A stretch of DNA of 64,000 nucleotides from Candidatus Iainarchaeum sp. (GTDB taxonomy: Archaea; Iainarchaeota; Iainarchaeia; Iainarchaeales; UBA10219), in assembly GCA_018304425.1 (NCBI GenBank), contig JAGVWE010000007.1:1-64000 (forward strand), given 5' to 3'. Below the pieces are notes generated by a model, which saw nothing but the letters and a program-made list of their open reading frames with translations, ran no database searches and was not told the DNA's origin. A program made the position numbers and the translations under genes. Shown one piece after another: positions 38,026 through 46,896 of this stretch. Position 1 is the stretch's first letter. Each line of letters opens with the position of its first letter.

Positions 38026-38991
38026 TCAAAGGCATTGCTCGAGAGGTTCCTCGGCCCACACGCTGGCACGGCTCCAGTCCCTAATCGTTTCCTCGCCGAG
38101 CCTTGGCTCCCAGGCCAGCTTGCATTCGTAGTCGAACTCGCAGCCCTCGCAGAGGAATTCCTGGAGGCACGTTTCCGCTTCCAGCCGGTCCCGGCCCTGG
38201 ACCGTGGCCTTGCACCGCCCCTCCCCCGGCTGGCCAGAAGCCTTCACCAGGAATTCTTCGACGGCCTTTCCCGCGTCCCCGCCCCGGGCTTCCAGCCGAA
38301 CCCGGTAGTTGCCGGCCTCCCGTATCTCGAGGGGCAGCGACAAGCCGGTCTCCCCGGCCGGCGCTATTTCCCCCACTTCCCGGTTGACGGGCCCCGAGTG
38401 GAGGGCTTCGACCGGTTTCCCGTCAAGGACTGAAAGCCGGTAAACCCTGGCCGAAACGATGACGTCAGAAGCCTTTGCCTGCCCGGCATTCTTCACCTTG
38501 AAAGAGACCAGCGGCGAATCGACGCCCAACTCCATTTCGCGCGGCGCGCGCACGCCGGCCAGCTCGAGTTGCGCGGGTTTCCTTCCAAGGTAAGCAGTGC
38601 AGAGGTTGAGGCCCTGTTCTTCGACGCAGCGGAAGCCCACTTCCAGCAAGGCATCGCGTTCCACCTGCAGCCTCCGCTCGTCCGCGGCCACGAGGCAGCC
38701 CGGGCCGATGTTCTGCCGCGGGCAACACCGCAGGACATCCATGCAGCGGAAGTTCACGGACCGGGTCATGGAATCCAGGGCATCGGCCAAAACCATTTCG
38801 CCTTGCCGGAACTCCACGTTCTTTGAAAAAACCTTTCCATTGAGGCCCTCGGCGGCGTCCAGCGATTCCAGCAGCGCGTGCTGGAGCGGGGCCCTGGGCG
38901 CGAAGCCCGGCAAAATATAGGCAAAGAAAATCCACAGCAGGGCCAGGGCCGCAACCGCGACCGTCAAAAGCTTGAAGGGGGATTCGGCCAT
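38026..38991 (-). CDS. Exported CARDB/Ig-like, Cys-containing protein
   Basis: N-terminal TM; VSFKVKNAG CARDB-like segment. Confidence 0.7.
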   Translation of the reverse strand: MAESPFKLLTVAVAALALLWIFFAYILPGFAPRAPLQHALLESLDAAEGLNGKVFSKNVEFRQGEMVLADALDSMTRSVNFRCMDVLRCCPRQNIGPGCLVAADERRLQVERDALLEVGFRCVEEQGLNLCTAYLGRKPAQLELAGVRAPREMELGVDSPLVSFKVKNAGQAKASDVIVSARVYRLSVLDGKPVEALHSGPVNREVGEIAPAGETGLSLPLEIREAGNYRVRLEARGGDAGKAVEEFLVKASGQPGEGRCKATVQGRDRLEAETCLQEFLCEGCEFDYECKLAWEPRLGEETIRDWSRASVWAEEPLEQCL

Positions 38992-38995
38992 GGCC

Positions 38996-39235
38996 TCACC
39001 TCGCGAACGTGGCCCGCACGTGCCATTTCAGCAGCCACTCGAAGATTTTTTTCAGCACCAGCAACCCCACGAACAGGTAAAGCAAGGACGTTACGTCTCC
39101 CGTCAGCAAAAAATAGCGCCGGAAGTAATCCGCCCACACCTCGAGCCGGAACAGGAACCAGACCACAACGCCCAGGGCCAGCAACACCAGCAACAGCTTT
39201 TCCGCCAAATCCAGCCAAGCCAGCAGCCGCCGCAC
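38996..39235 (-). CDS. Small 2-TM membrane protein
   Basis: Two hydrophobic helices; operon spacing. Confidence 0.6.
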   Translation of the reverse strand: MRRLLAWLDLAEKLLLVLLALGVVVWFLFRLEVWADYFRRYFLLTGDVTSLLYLFVGLLVLKKIFEWLLKWHVRATFAR

Positions 39236-39279
39236 GTCAAAGACCCCTTAAACTATGGTTTGACGGCTTAATAAACGTT

Positions 39280-41157
39280 TCAGGCGCTGTCATCGCCTTT
39301 CCCACTTTCCTGGGTTTTCTGCGCCTTCTGCCGGGCAAACATGTCCCGGATTTCCTTGGTGGAAGTGGCTTCCTCGGCCTTCTTGTCCGTGCGGAAGGAA
39401 ACCAGGCGCGGGAATCGCAACGCGTATCCCGGCTTGCCGGCTTCCCGGCCGCAGGCATGCACCGGGCTGCGCGTGATTTCGTCGGCGCGCACCTCGATGA
39501 CGTGCACGGGCTCGGTCCACACGTCGGGTTCAAGGCCGGACTCCACGCGCGCGGGCTTCCGGTTGGCCTTGATTTTCTTCAAGCGCTCCTCCCATTCCGC
39601 GAGCTGGGCCTCGCTCAAGCCCGTGCCAATCTTGGCGATGCTTTCAAAGCAATCCCTTTCCCCATTGTAGGCGGCGGCCAGCAAGGCCCCCAACCCGAAC
39701 CGGGTGCGGATGCCCTTCCCCTTGAAGTAACCGATGACCGCCAAATCCACGGAGTCCTGCAACTCGCCCTTGTAACTGCGCTTCAGTTTTATCCACGCGA
39801 ACTTCCTCGCACCCGCGATGTACTTCGCGTCCAGGTCCTTTGCGACGATGCCTTCCAGGCCCTGCTCGATGCACCGCGTGAAGAAAGCGTCCACGGCTTC
39901 CGGCTCCTTCGTCACTATCATCGGCGTCACGTCCAGCACCCCGCCCCTTTCCACGATTCGCTCCAGGGTTTTCCTGCGCTCCCGGAACGGCAAGGGCATG
40001 AGGTTTTTTCCGTCCACCATCATGACGTCAAAGGCGAACAACTTCAGCGGCAGCTCCTCGGAAGCCCTTTCGATGCCGTGCTTGCGCTTCCGCTGGATGG
40101 TCACCTGGAAGGGGAAGAACTCCCCGGTTTCCTCGTTCACCGCCAGGGCCTCCCCCTCGATGATGGCAGTCCGGGCCTTCAAGTGGGTTTTGACGCCTTC
40201 AATGACTTCGGGGAACATGGGTGTTACATTCTCGCTGCGGCGGCTGAAGATGCTTACCTCGTCTTCCCTCTTGTGCACCTGCAGCCGGAAACCGTCGAAC
40301 TTTCCCTCCACCATGCATTCCCCGAGCTTTTCCACGATTTCTCCCGCTGAAGGCAGCCGCTCGGCCAGGGTGGGCCGGATGGGCACGCCAGGCGTCAGCT
40401 CCACGGCATCCAGTCCCTTGAGGCCCTTTTCCTTGAGCAACCGCGCGATGTCCCCCAAATCCGAGTGAATGTTGTACTTTTCCTCGATGCGTTCCCGCAG
40501 CAGCTGCCGCACGCGCCGCTCGAACTCCTCTCCCCGCTTTTCCTCTTTTTTTTCCTTGAGCTCGGCCTCGATTTTTTCGGCGGCCCGCTTCTCCTTTGCC
40601 AAAAATTCTTTCGAGTAAACGACGGCCAAGGCGTCCATCAAGGTGGGGTCGCCGATGCCCAGCCGCATGGCCCCCAACGGAATCCTTGTGACGAATTTGG
40701 CTTCCAAGGGAGAGGCGCTGTTCAGGAGCTCGGCCAGCAGCTTGAGCTTCTGCTCCTGGCTACCGTGGCCCGAGGCCTTCGCGATGCGCAAAAAGTTGTC
40801 GTACACCTTTTCGACGGACAGTTTTTCGCGGAAGAGACTTTGCTGCCGCTTTTTTTCCGCGATTTCCTGGGCCACCAGGCCGAGGTCGCCGAGTTTCTGG
40901 AACCGCTTCCCGACTTCCTCCCGCGCGTACCCAGAAGTCATGGCCAGGGCCTCTTCCACGAGCTTCTCCCCCAAGCCGATGTCATAGCCCTTGAAGCCCG
41001 GGGCAATCTGGCCCTGGCACAGGTAAATGACCTTGGAGACAACGGCGGCATCGGTCTCCCGCTCCCGCAGGAGCCCCCCCAGCAGGGAAGTCATCTCCAG
41101 GCGCGAGGCAGCGGCCTCGATTCGCTCCCAGTAACCGGCCAATTTCCCGAATTCCAT
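39280..41157 (-). CDS. lig: ATP-dependent DNA ligase
   Basis: EGKFDGFR, EGIVAK, WIKLK, LRFPR. Confidence 0.96.
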   Translation of the reverse strand: MEFGKLAGYWERIEAAASRLEMTSLLGGLLRERETDAAVVSKVIYLCQGQIAPGFKGYDIGLGEKLVEEALAMTSGYAREEVGKRFQKLGDLGLVAQEIAEKKRQQSLFREKLSVEKVYDNFLRIAKASGHGSQEQKLKLLAELLNSASPLEAKFVTRIPLGAMRLGIGDPTLMDALAVVYSKEFLAKEKRAAEKIEAELKEKKEEKRGEEFERRVRQLLRERIEEKYNIHSDLGDIARLLKEKGLKGLDAVELTPGVPIRPTLAERLPSAGEIVEKLGECMVEGKFDGFRLQVHKREDEVSIFSRRSENVTPMFPEVIEGVKTHLKARTAIIEGEALAVNEETGEFFPFQVTIQRKRKHGIERASEELPLKLFAFDVMMVDGKNLMPLPFRERRKTLERIVERGGVLDVTPMIVTKEPEAVDAFFTRCIEQGLEGIVAKDLDAKYIAGARKFAWIKLKRSYKGELQDSVDLAVIGYFKGKGIRTRFGLGALLAAAYNGERDCFESIAKIGTGLSEAQLAEWEERLKKIKANRKPARVESGLEPDVWTEPVHVIEVRADEITRSPVHACGREAGKPGYALRFPRLVSFRTDKKAEEATSTKEIRDMFARQKAQKTQESGKGDDSA

Positions 41158-41271
41158 GCCATCATAGGGAGTCAATGGCCTTAAAACCCTTGTTCCCAGC
41201 CTTTCCAGGCCCCCAACAGGGAAATATTTAAATGGCCGAACTCCCTATATTCTGCCGTTCCAGGGACTTGC

Positions 41272-41918
41272 ATGGCGAAACCAGGTGCATCGGCCGAAGA
41301 CGGGGGCGGCAGCACTTCCACGGGCATCCAAGAATTGGCACCTTTCTGGGGGGCGGTTTCCCCAAGGGAGCCGTGGTCCTCGTGGCCGGTTCCTCGGGCA
41401 GCGGCAAGACCATTTTCTCGTTCAACTGGCTGTTCGACGGCGCCCGCAAGGGCGAGAACGGCGTCTACGTCACCTTCACCGAGCCCCTGTTCAAGTCCGT
41501 GAAAAACCTGGAAGTCATGGACTTCTACGACCGCAAGCTCATCGAAGACGAGACCATCAAGATCCTGGACATCCGCGACCTCTACGCCGAGCAAGGCTTC
41601 GACGCCCAGCGCATCCTGGACACCGTGGAACGGCAGGTCAAGGAAACCAACGCCAAACGCCTCTGCATCGATTCCGTGACCGCGATCGCCTACAACCTGG
41701 ACGACAAGGCGAAGACCCGGAAATTCATTTTCGTGGACTCGCTGTCCACGATGCTGATTTACAACCGGCCGGACGTCTTCGCGCGGTTCATCCACAGCGT
41801 GCTCGTGAAAATCCGGCTGAACTCCATCAGCGGCCTGCTGTTGTTCATTGAAACGCAGGCGGACCGGGAAGTCCGCGCCGAAATCGCACAGTTGTGCGAC
41901 AAGGTCCTGCGGGTCTAG
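41272..41918 (+). pseudogene. KaiC/RecA-like ATPase, frameshifted and apparently chimeric
   Basis: STGIQEL is in one frame and TFLGGGFPKG...GSSGSGKT in another (shift ~41338). Two consecutive Walker-B-like segments (CIDSVT, FVDSLST). Confidence 0.7.
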
Positions 41919-41924
41919 GGGCTT

Positions 41925-42317
41925 TCACCAGCCGTCTGTTTTGAGGTTTTTCACGCGGTCGAAATGTTTGCGGTTGTTGGTGACCAAGATGGCCTCATGG
42001 CATACTGCGATGGCCGCAATCATGAGGTCCAGTACTTCGAGGCGGTTCCCCTTGCGGATGAATTCTGCGTCGAGTAGGGCGACCTGTTCGGCGGCATCAA
42101 CTTCGAAGGGAAGCGGTTGTAGCGAGGCCAGGAATTTCCTCGCAAGGTCGAGGCTGGCAGGCGTGCCATACAGCCGCTCTCCAACCAGCACTTCGTATAT
42201 GTTGATGCAGGTAGTGGCGATTTCCTTGTCCTGCTCCGGTAGTTGCCGTAATTTTGCGGTCGCAGCCTCTTTTCCGCGAAGATAGGCGATGATGCAATCG
42301 GAGTCAAGGATTATCAT
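41925..42317 (-). CDS. vapC: PIN-domain VapC toxin
   Basis: ILDSD, DLMIAA, VTNNRKHF. Confidence 0.9.
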   Translation of the reverse strand: MIILDSDCIIAYLRGKEAATAKLRQLPEQDKEIATTCINIYEVLVGERLYGTPASLDLARKFLASLQPLPFEVDAAEQVALLDAEFIRKGNRLEVLDLMIAAIAVCHEAILVTNNRKHFDRVKNLKTDGW

Positions 42318-42558
42318 GCATTCTCGCCTGTCGTTTCCAGAATGATGCCGTCGAGTCTTTCCTCAGTCGCCTGTACAAGGCCAGCCGCTTTTCGGCTTCC
42401 TCATCGGTCATCGGGATGCTGCCGAAATACTTCATGAGGTCGGGTTGTTCCTTTTCCGCCAGCCGCTCGAGCAGGTCGCTGAAGCTCTCGCCTTCGTGCT
42501 TGGCCCTGATGAGCTTCTCATAGACCTTGCCCTTGATGGTAAGGGTTTTGAAGACCAT
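42304..42558 (-). CDS. vapB: VapB-like antitoxin (DUF217 type)
   Basis: KTLTIKGKVYEKL...GESFSDLL; IR TATGTTTAA-GG-TTAAACATA at 42561-42580. Confidence 0.85.
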   Translation of the reverse strand: MVFKTLTIKGKVYEKLIRAKHEGESFSDLLERLAEKEQPDLMKYFGSIPMTDEEAEKRLALYRRLRKDSTASFWKRQARMHDNP

Positions 42559-42692
42559 GCTATGTTTAAGGTTAAACATATATTTAATCCTTGCTTCCAT
42601 CCTTTTAAGCAACAAACTATTTTTAAGGCAATTGTCGTAATATTGGTGTGTTCGGAGAGTAGATTAATATAGCCATAAAGCAATATAGCTAT

Positions 42693-42941
42693 ATGGCTAC
42701 AACTACGTTGCGGGTGCAACTGCCGGAGGAAAAAGCCAGAAAGGTGCGGGAGCAAGCCATGAAACGCTTCGGTTATTCGAAAGGGGCCATCAGCAAGGCG
42801 CTCAATGTGGCCTTGGATGAATGGTTGGGGAAGGCGAAACCAGCCAAACCGCCTATCACGGCCAAGGACTTGTTAGGGCGGCTGAGTGGCGTAAAGGAGT
42901 CCTCCGTGGAACTCCAGCACAAGGCTCGTGACTATTGGTAG
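42693..42941 (+). CDS. vapB: RHH antitoxin
   Basis: Similar to 17423-17659 (RFGYSKGAISKA); SSVELQH motif. Confidence 0.75.
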   Translation: MATTTLRVQLPEEKARKVREQAMKRFGYSKGAISKALNVALDEWLGKAKPAKPPITAKDLLGRLSGVKESSVELQHKARDYW

Positions 42942-42949
42942 GCTGTGCC

Positions 42950-43354
42950 ATGTATTTGCTGGACACCAACATTTTTTTGGAAATCCTCCTCGATGGCGCA
43001 CGCGCCACCGAATGCCTGCGCCTGCTCTCCCTTTTGCAGGGCGAACGGCTGTCTGCGGTTGTTTCGAAGTTCGCGGTTTATTCGATTTGCCTGATTCTTT
43101 TCAGGAAAAAACAACCCGATCTGGCCCGGGATTTCCTGGCCTATCTGGATTCCCTTCCAACCCTGCAAATCCATGGGACCTCCCTTGAGGAGGATGCCGA
43201 AGCCTTCGCCAGCGCGGAGAAATTTGGCCTTGACTTTGACGACGGCCTGCAGTTTACGGTTGCCAAGCGCTTGAGCGTGGAAGCCATCGTCTCCTTTGAC
43301 CGGGACTTCGACAAGACCCCCTTGAAGCGCCTGGAGCCAAGTCAAATCCTTTGA
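42950..43354 (+). CDS. vapC: PIN-domain VapC toxin
   Basis: LLDTNIFLE, LDFDD, SFDRDFD. Confidence 0.9.
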   Translation: MYLLDTNIFLEILLDGARATECLRLLSLLQGERLSAVVSKFAVYSICLILFRKKQPDLARDFLAYLDSLPTLQIHGTSLEEDAEAFASAEKFGLDFDDGLQFTVAKRLSVEAIVSFDRDFDKTPLKRLEPSQIL

Positions 43355-43368
43355 CGAGAACCGCTGTT

Positions 43369-43533
43369 TCACTCGGCTTCCGTTTCCTGTCGTCTGACCC
43401 GAAGGAAGATGCCCGCCGCAATCAGGGCCGCGAGCGCCATCGTGAGTTCGTCGTACTCGGGGATGACGTTGAGGGTGTTGCGGCTGCCGAAGGCGCTGGT
43501 CGTGGTTGGACGGGAAAACCGCTCGTTTCCCAT
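43369..43533 (-). repeat. Orphan PEY-CTERM sorting-signal copy C (54-aa mini-ORF)
   Basis: MGNERFSRPTTTSAFGSRNTLNVIPEYDELTMALAALIAAGIFLRVRRQETEAE; 75/78 nt identical to the 3' end of 48316-52128. Confidence 0.85.
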
Positions 43534-43952
43534 ATCGTCAGTAAAACATTTGGCGGTGAAATATGACAGTCGAATATTCTGTTGAGCCCTGGTACGCGCT
43601 TGAAATGCCTGGCGTTCCCGGTCAACAGGGTTTCCCGGGCTTGGAGGGCAATGGCCGCAATCATGCAGTCCTGTGGTTCGATGGGTTGGCCGGTTTGCCA
43701 GAGTCCTTGCTGGATTTCGCCTGCCTCGTTTGCGGCTTGGGCATCCAATGGCAGGGCAGGCAGGGAGGAAAAGAGTTCGCGGACGCGTTGCCTTTCTTCT
43801 TTTCCGGCGCGGTGGAGGCTTTGAATGACTTCAAACACGGTGATAGCCGTCGTCAGCAACGGTTCGCCTTTTCGCTTCAACTCCTCCGCCTTGGCGGCCG
43901 CACCCTTTTCTCCCCTGATAAGGTCAATGACGTAGCTGGTGTCAAGAATCAT
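43422..43952 (-). CDS. vapC: VapC toxin with aberrant C-terminal read-through
   Basis: ILDTS, DCMIAA, TGNARHF; no stop at the usual position. Confidence 0.8.
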   Translation of the reverse strand: MILDTSYVIDLIRGEKGAAAKAEELKRKGEPLLTTAITVFEVIQSLHRAGKEERQRVRELFSSLPALPLDAQAANEAGEIQQGLWQTGQPIEPQDCMIAAIALQARETLLTGNARHFKRVPGLNRIFDCHISPPNVLLTIWETSGFPVQPRPAPSAAATPSTSSPSTTNSRWRSRP

Positions 43953-44185
43953 GGACGGAAGCCTTCCATGAGGGCGCGACTCCGCGCCAGGCCGGTGGCT
44001 CTCGACGCTTGCACGGCTTCCTCCACCGTTGCCGTGGTCTTCTTGGACAGTATGCCCGCGAATTTCGTCAAATCCGTTTTGTTGGTGAGCCTGCAAATCA
44101 CTTGGCTGAAGCTCTCCCGCGCTTTTTTGCTGGAGGCCAGGCGCTTATAGGCGTCCACCGTAATCGAAATCGTTTTCGTTGCCAA
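43949..44185 (-). CDS. vapB: VapB-like antitoxin
   Basis: TTG start; ATKTISITVDAYKRL...ESFSQVI; ATGA overlap with vapC. Confidence 0.85.
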   Translation of the reverse strand: MATKTISITVDAYKRLASSKKARESFSQVICRLTNKTDLTKFAGILSKKTTATVEEAVQASRATGLARSRALMEGFRP

Positions 44186-44261
44186 TCTCCCACCTACACA
44201 TACATACACATACGTGTATTTAAGGCTTTGGCTGGAAAAGTGGTCGCCCTCGTTTATGCCA

Positions 44262-44363
44262 TTAAACGGTTTTCCCGCGTTCCATGCGCCTAATCCATCC
44301 GAAGGCGAGCGCGGCCAGTAGTACGGTCAAGGCCAGCGTGTAGTCCTCGTATTCTGGGTTCAC
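44262..44363 (-). repeat. Orphan PEY-CTERM copy D (33-aa mini-ORF)
   Basis: VNPEYEDYTLALTVLLAALAFGWIRRMERGKTV*: motif, TM helix, basic tail. Confidence 0.75.
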
Positions 44364-44368
44364 CTCGG

Positions 44369-45148
44369 TTAATGCTTTTTCAGCCCATTTTTTTGAATCC
44401 GTTCTTCAATTTCTTTTTTCACTTGGGGAAAGGAAGGCAGCGGGCCGCCAACCAGCCCACCCAAGTCCCGTTCCCAACTGCCTTTTTTTTCGTCCACTTT
44501 GGCCCAGAAACCGTCTGGCGTGAACCGGAGCCCGGCATGCGCCATTTTCCTGCTTATGAGCCCCGGTTCGGCGGGCACGCCTCTTCGTTTCAGCAGGTGC
44601 CAGAGGTCGTAGACGTCCCTGGCCTTGTTTCTTTCATGGATTGCCCTGATTTTTTCGGCAAGGATTTCTTTTTCGTCCATGGCAAACAGATTGAATGGCC
44701 GGATCTCCCGATAAATCGGGGCATACGGAAACGTTTGAACGGGCAGCAGCACGCGTTCCCTCAAGCTGATGTTGACGGCAAGGGAGGTTAGGCTTTCCTT
44801 GCTGCCGTCGTAAAGCGGCCCCCTTGCCTGCACGTAAACGTTTGTGCTCCTTTCAAACGCTTCCACGGTTGCCTTCGCCTTTACGTCCAGCAAGCTGAAA
44901 AGGCCGGGTAACCGCGTAAAGAAATTTTTTGGCTTGAAGCCTTTTCCAGCCGTGAAGTCGAGGTCTTCGCTGAAACGGTCCAACTTGTACGCCTTGTATA
45001 GGCAGGTTCCGCCTTTAAAGACGAGCTTGCTCCCGAACTCCCGGTAAATGTTTATCAAGGCCAGGTCCTGCAGGTAATCCAATTCCGTGAGCCGGAGGCT
45101 GAGGCCCTTGAATTTTGCGACGGCCTGCAGTTCTTCACGCTTGAGCAT
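44369..45148 (-). CDS. AbiEii nucleotidyltransferase toxin
   Basis: FKGGT, RFSEDLDF, AEKIRA, RDVYDL. Confidence 0.92.
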   Translation of the reverse strand: MLKREELQAVAKFKGLSLRLTELDYLQDLALINIYREFGSKLVFKGGTCLYKAYKLDRFSEDLDFTAGKGFKPKNFFTRLPGLFSLLDVKAKATVEAFERSTNVYVQARGPLYDGSKESLTSLAVNISLRERVLLPVQTFPYAPIYREIRPFNLFAMDEKEILAEKIRAIHERNKARDVYDLWHLLKRRGVPAEPGLISRKMAHAGLRFTPDGFWAKVDEKKGSWERDLGGLVGGPLPSFPQVKKEIEERIQKNGLKKH

Positions 45149-45722
45149 GCAGCGCCTCCCGCAATTTTTTGGCCCAGCCCCTCGCCTTTTTCGCGTGAAG
45201 CAAAAGCCTGTCCCTGTTGATTTTCCGCTTGTTGTTTTTTATGATGTCCACGGCCTCGGCCAAAGACATTTTCCTGGTCGCCAAGGCGTCCACGATTGCT
45301 TTTTCTTTCTCGGCCAAGAAGATTTCCCGGCCCTGGTAGGTCGTCCGCTGGAAGCCGGTGAAGGCGGTTTCCTTGATTTTGATGAATTCAATCCGGGCGT
45401 TCCCATAGGAAACGATTTTTTTCTTCCTCTTCCGGGTCGTGATTACATGGATGGTGAACGGCAGTTGCTCCGTCAATTTATGGTAGTTTAACGCCGCCCA
45501 GCACGAGATATAACTTGGCCAGACGATCCATGACGCCACGAGGAATGAATCCGTTTCCAGCGTGTACTTGCCCTTCTCGATTTCGTGGAGGACGCCCGCC
45601 TTTTTCAGCCGGTGTGCGACGAGGTACGCGTAATCAATGCCTTTATGGAGCGTGTCGGCGAGGTCCCTGGCCGTAAAAACCGGGTACGGCTTTAATGCCT
45701 CCAGCTCCTTCTTTTTTATCAT
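45135..45722 (-). CDS. AbiEi antitoxin
   Basis: IEKGKY, PSYISCWAALNYHKLTEQLP, EKAIVD. Confidence 0.88.
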   Translation of the reverse strand: MIKKKELEALKPYPVFTARDLADTLHKGIDYAYLVAHRLKKAGVLHEIEKGKYTLETDSFLVASWIVWPSYISCWAALNYHKLTEQLPFTIHVITTRKRKKKIVSYGNARIEFIKIKETAFTGFQRTTYQGREIFLAEKEKAIVDALATRKMSLAEAVDIIKNNKRKINRDRLLLHAKKARGWAKKLREALHAQA

Positions 45723-45750
45723 TCCACCAACCTTATCAAAACTGATATGA

Positions 45751-46326
45751 TTAGCCGCCCAACAATTTATAAGGCTTTTCGCTGGTGTTGCCGCCTAATC
45801 CCTGCAAACGCCATGGCCGCCAGGATAACGGCCAGCGCCATCGTGAGTTCGTCGTATTCGGGGATGACGTTGAGCGTGTTGTGGCTGCCGAAGGCGCTGG
45901 TCGTGGTTGGACGGGAAAACCGCTCGTTTCCCATATCGTCAGTAAAACATTTGGCGGTGAAATATGACAGTCGAATATTCTCTTGGCGTTCCTGGTCAAC
46001 AGGATTTCACGGGCTTGAAGGGCAATGGCCGCAATCATGCAGTCTTGTGGTTCGATGGGTTGGCCGCTTTGCCAGAGCCCTTGCTGGATTTCGCCTGCCT
46101 CATTCGCGGCTTGGGCATCCAATGGCAGGGCGGGCAGCGAGGAAAAAAGTTCTTGGACGCGTTGTTTTTCTTCTTTTCGGGCACGGTGCAGGCTTTGAAC
46201 TACTTCGAACACCGTGACGGCCGTCGTCAGCAACGGTTCGCCTTTCTTCTTCAATTCCTCGGCTTTGGTGACCGCACCCTTTTCCCCCCGAATCAGGTCA
46301 ATGACATAGGTGGTGTCAAGAATCAT
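45751..46326 (-). pseudogene. vapC: VapC paralog of 43422-43952 with C-terminal deletion and read-through
   Basis: Near-identical to the other copy but lacks HFKRVPGLN (27 nt). Confidence 0.7.
45767..45934 (-). repeat. Orphan PEY-CTERM copy B (55-aa mini-ORF)
   Basis: MGNERFSRPTTTSAFGSHNTLNVIPEYDELTMALAVILAAMAFAGIRRQHQRKAL*. Confidence 0.85.
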
Positions 46327-46559
46327 TGTTGGAGGCCTTCCATTAGGGCGCGACTGCGTGCCAGGCCGGCAGCCCTTGACGCTTGCACGGCCTTTTCCAT
46401 GGTGGCCGCGGTTTTCTTGGACAAGATGCCCGCGAATTTCGTCAAATCCGTTTTGTTGGTGAGCCTGCAAATGACTTGGCTGAAGCTTTCCCGTTCCATT
46501 TTACTAGAAGCCAGGCGCTTGTAGGCGTCCACCGTAATCGAAATGGTTTTCGTCGCCAA
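46323..46559 (-). CDS. vapB: VapB-like antitoxin (paralog of 43949-44185)
   Basis: Near-identical protein; shared upstream CCTACACATACATACACATACGTGTATTTAAGG promoter/operator. Confidence 0.85.
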   Translation of the reverse strand: MATKTISITVDAYKRLASSKMERESFSQVICRLTNKTDLTKFAGILSKKTAATMEKAVQASRAAGLARSRALMEGLQQ

Positions 46560-46650
46560 AGCTATCACCTACACATACATACACATACGTGTATTTAAGG
46601 ATTTGGTTGAAACCGCCTTCTCTGCCCAGTCTGCCCGGTTTGCCCAGGCC

Positions 46651-46896
46651 TCACCGGTCTTTCCCGCGTTCCCTGCGCCGGATGTGCGCGAACGCCATCG
46701 CCACCAGGGCCACGGCTAGCAGCAGGGTTAGGTCATCGTACTCGGGGATGACGTTGAGGGTGTTGGGGCTGCAGGCGCTCGTCGTGGTGTAGAGGTCGTC
46801 GGCCACCACGCGGATGTAATAGTCGCCGCTGGTGATGTCGCAGTTCCAGGCGTACACGCAGTTGATGTCTTGAGGTCGCAGACGGGTGGAGACCAT
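46651..46896 (-). repeat. Orphan C-terminal fragment with PEY-CTERM, copy A (81-aa ORF)
   Basis: CVYAWNCD...YYIRVVADD...SACSPNTLNVIPEYDD-TM-RRRERGK; 42 bp (46736-46777) identical to 48392-48433. Confidence 0.9.
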
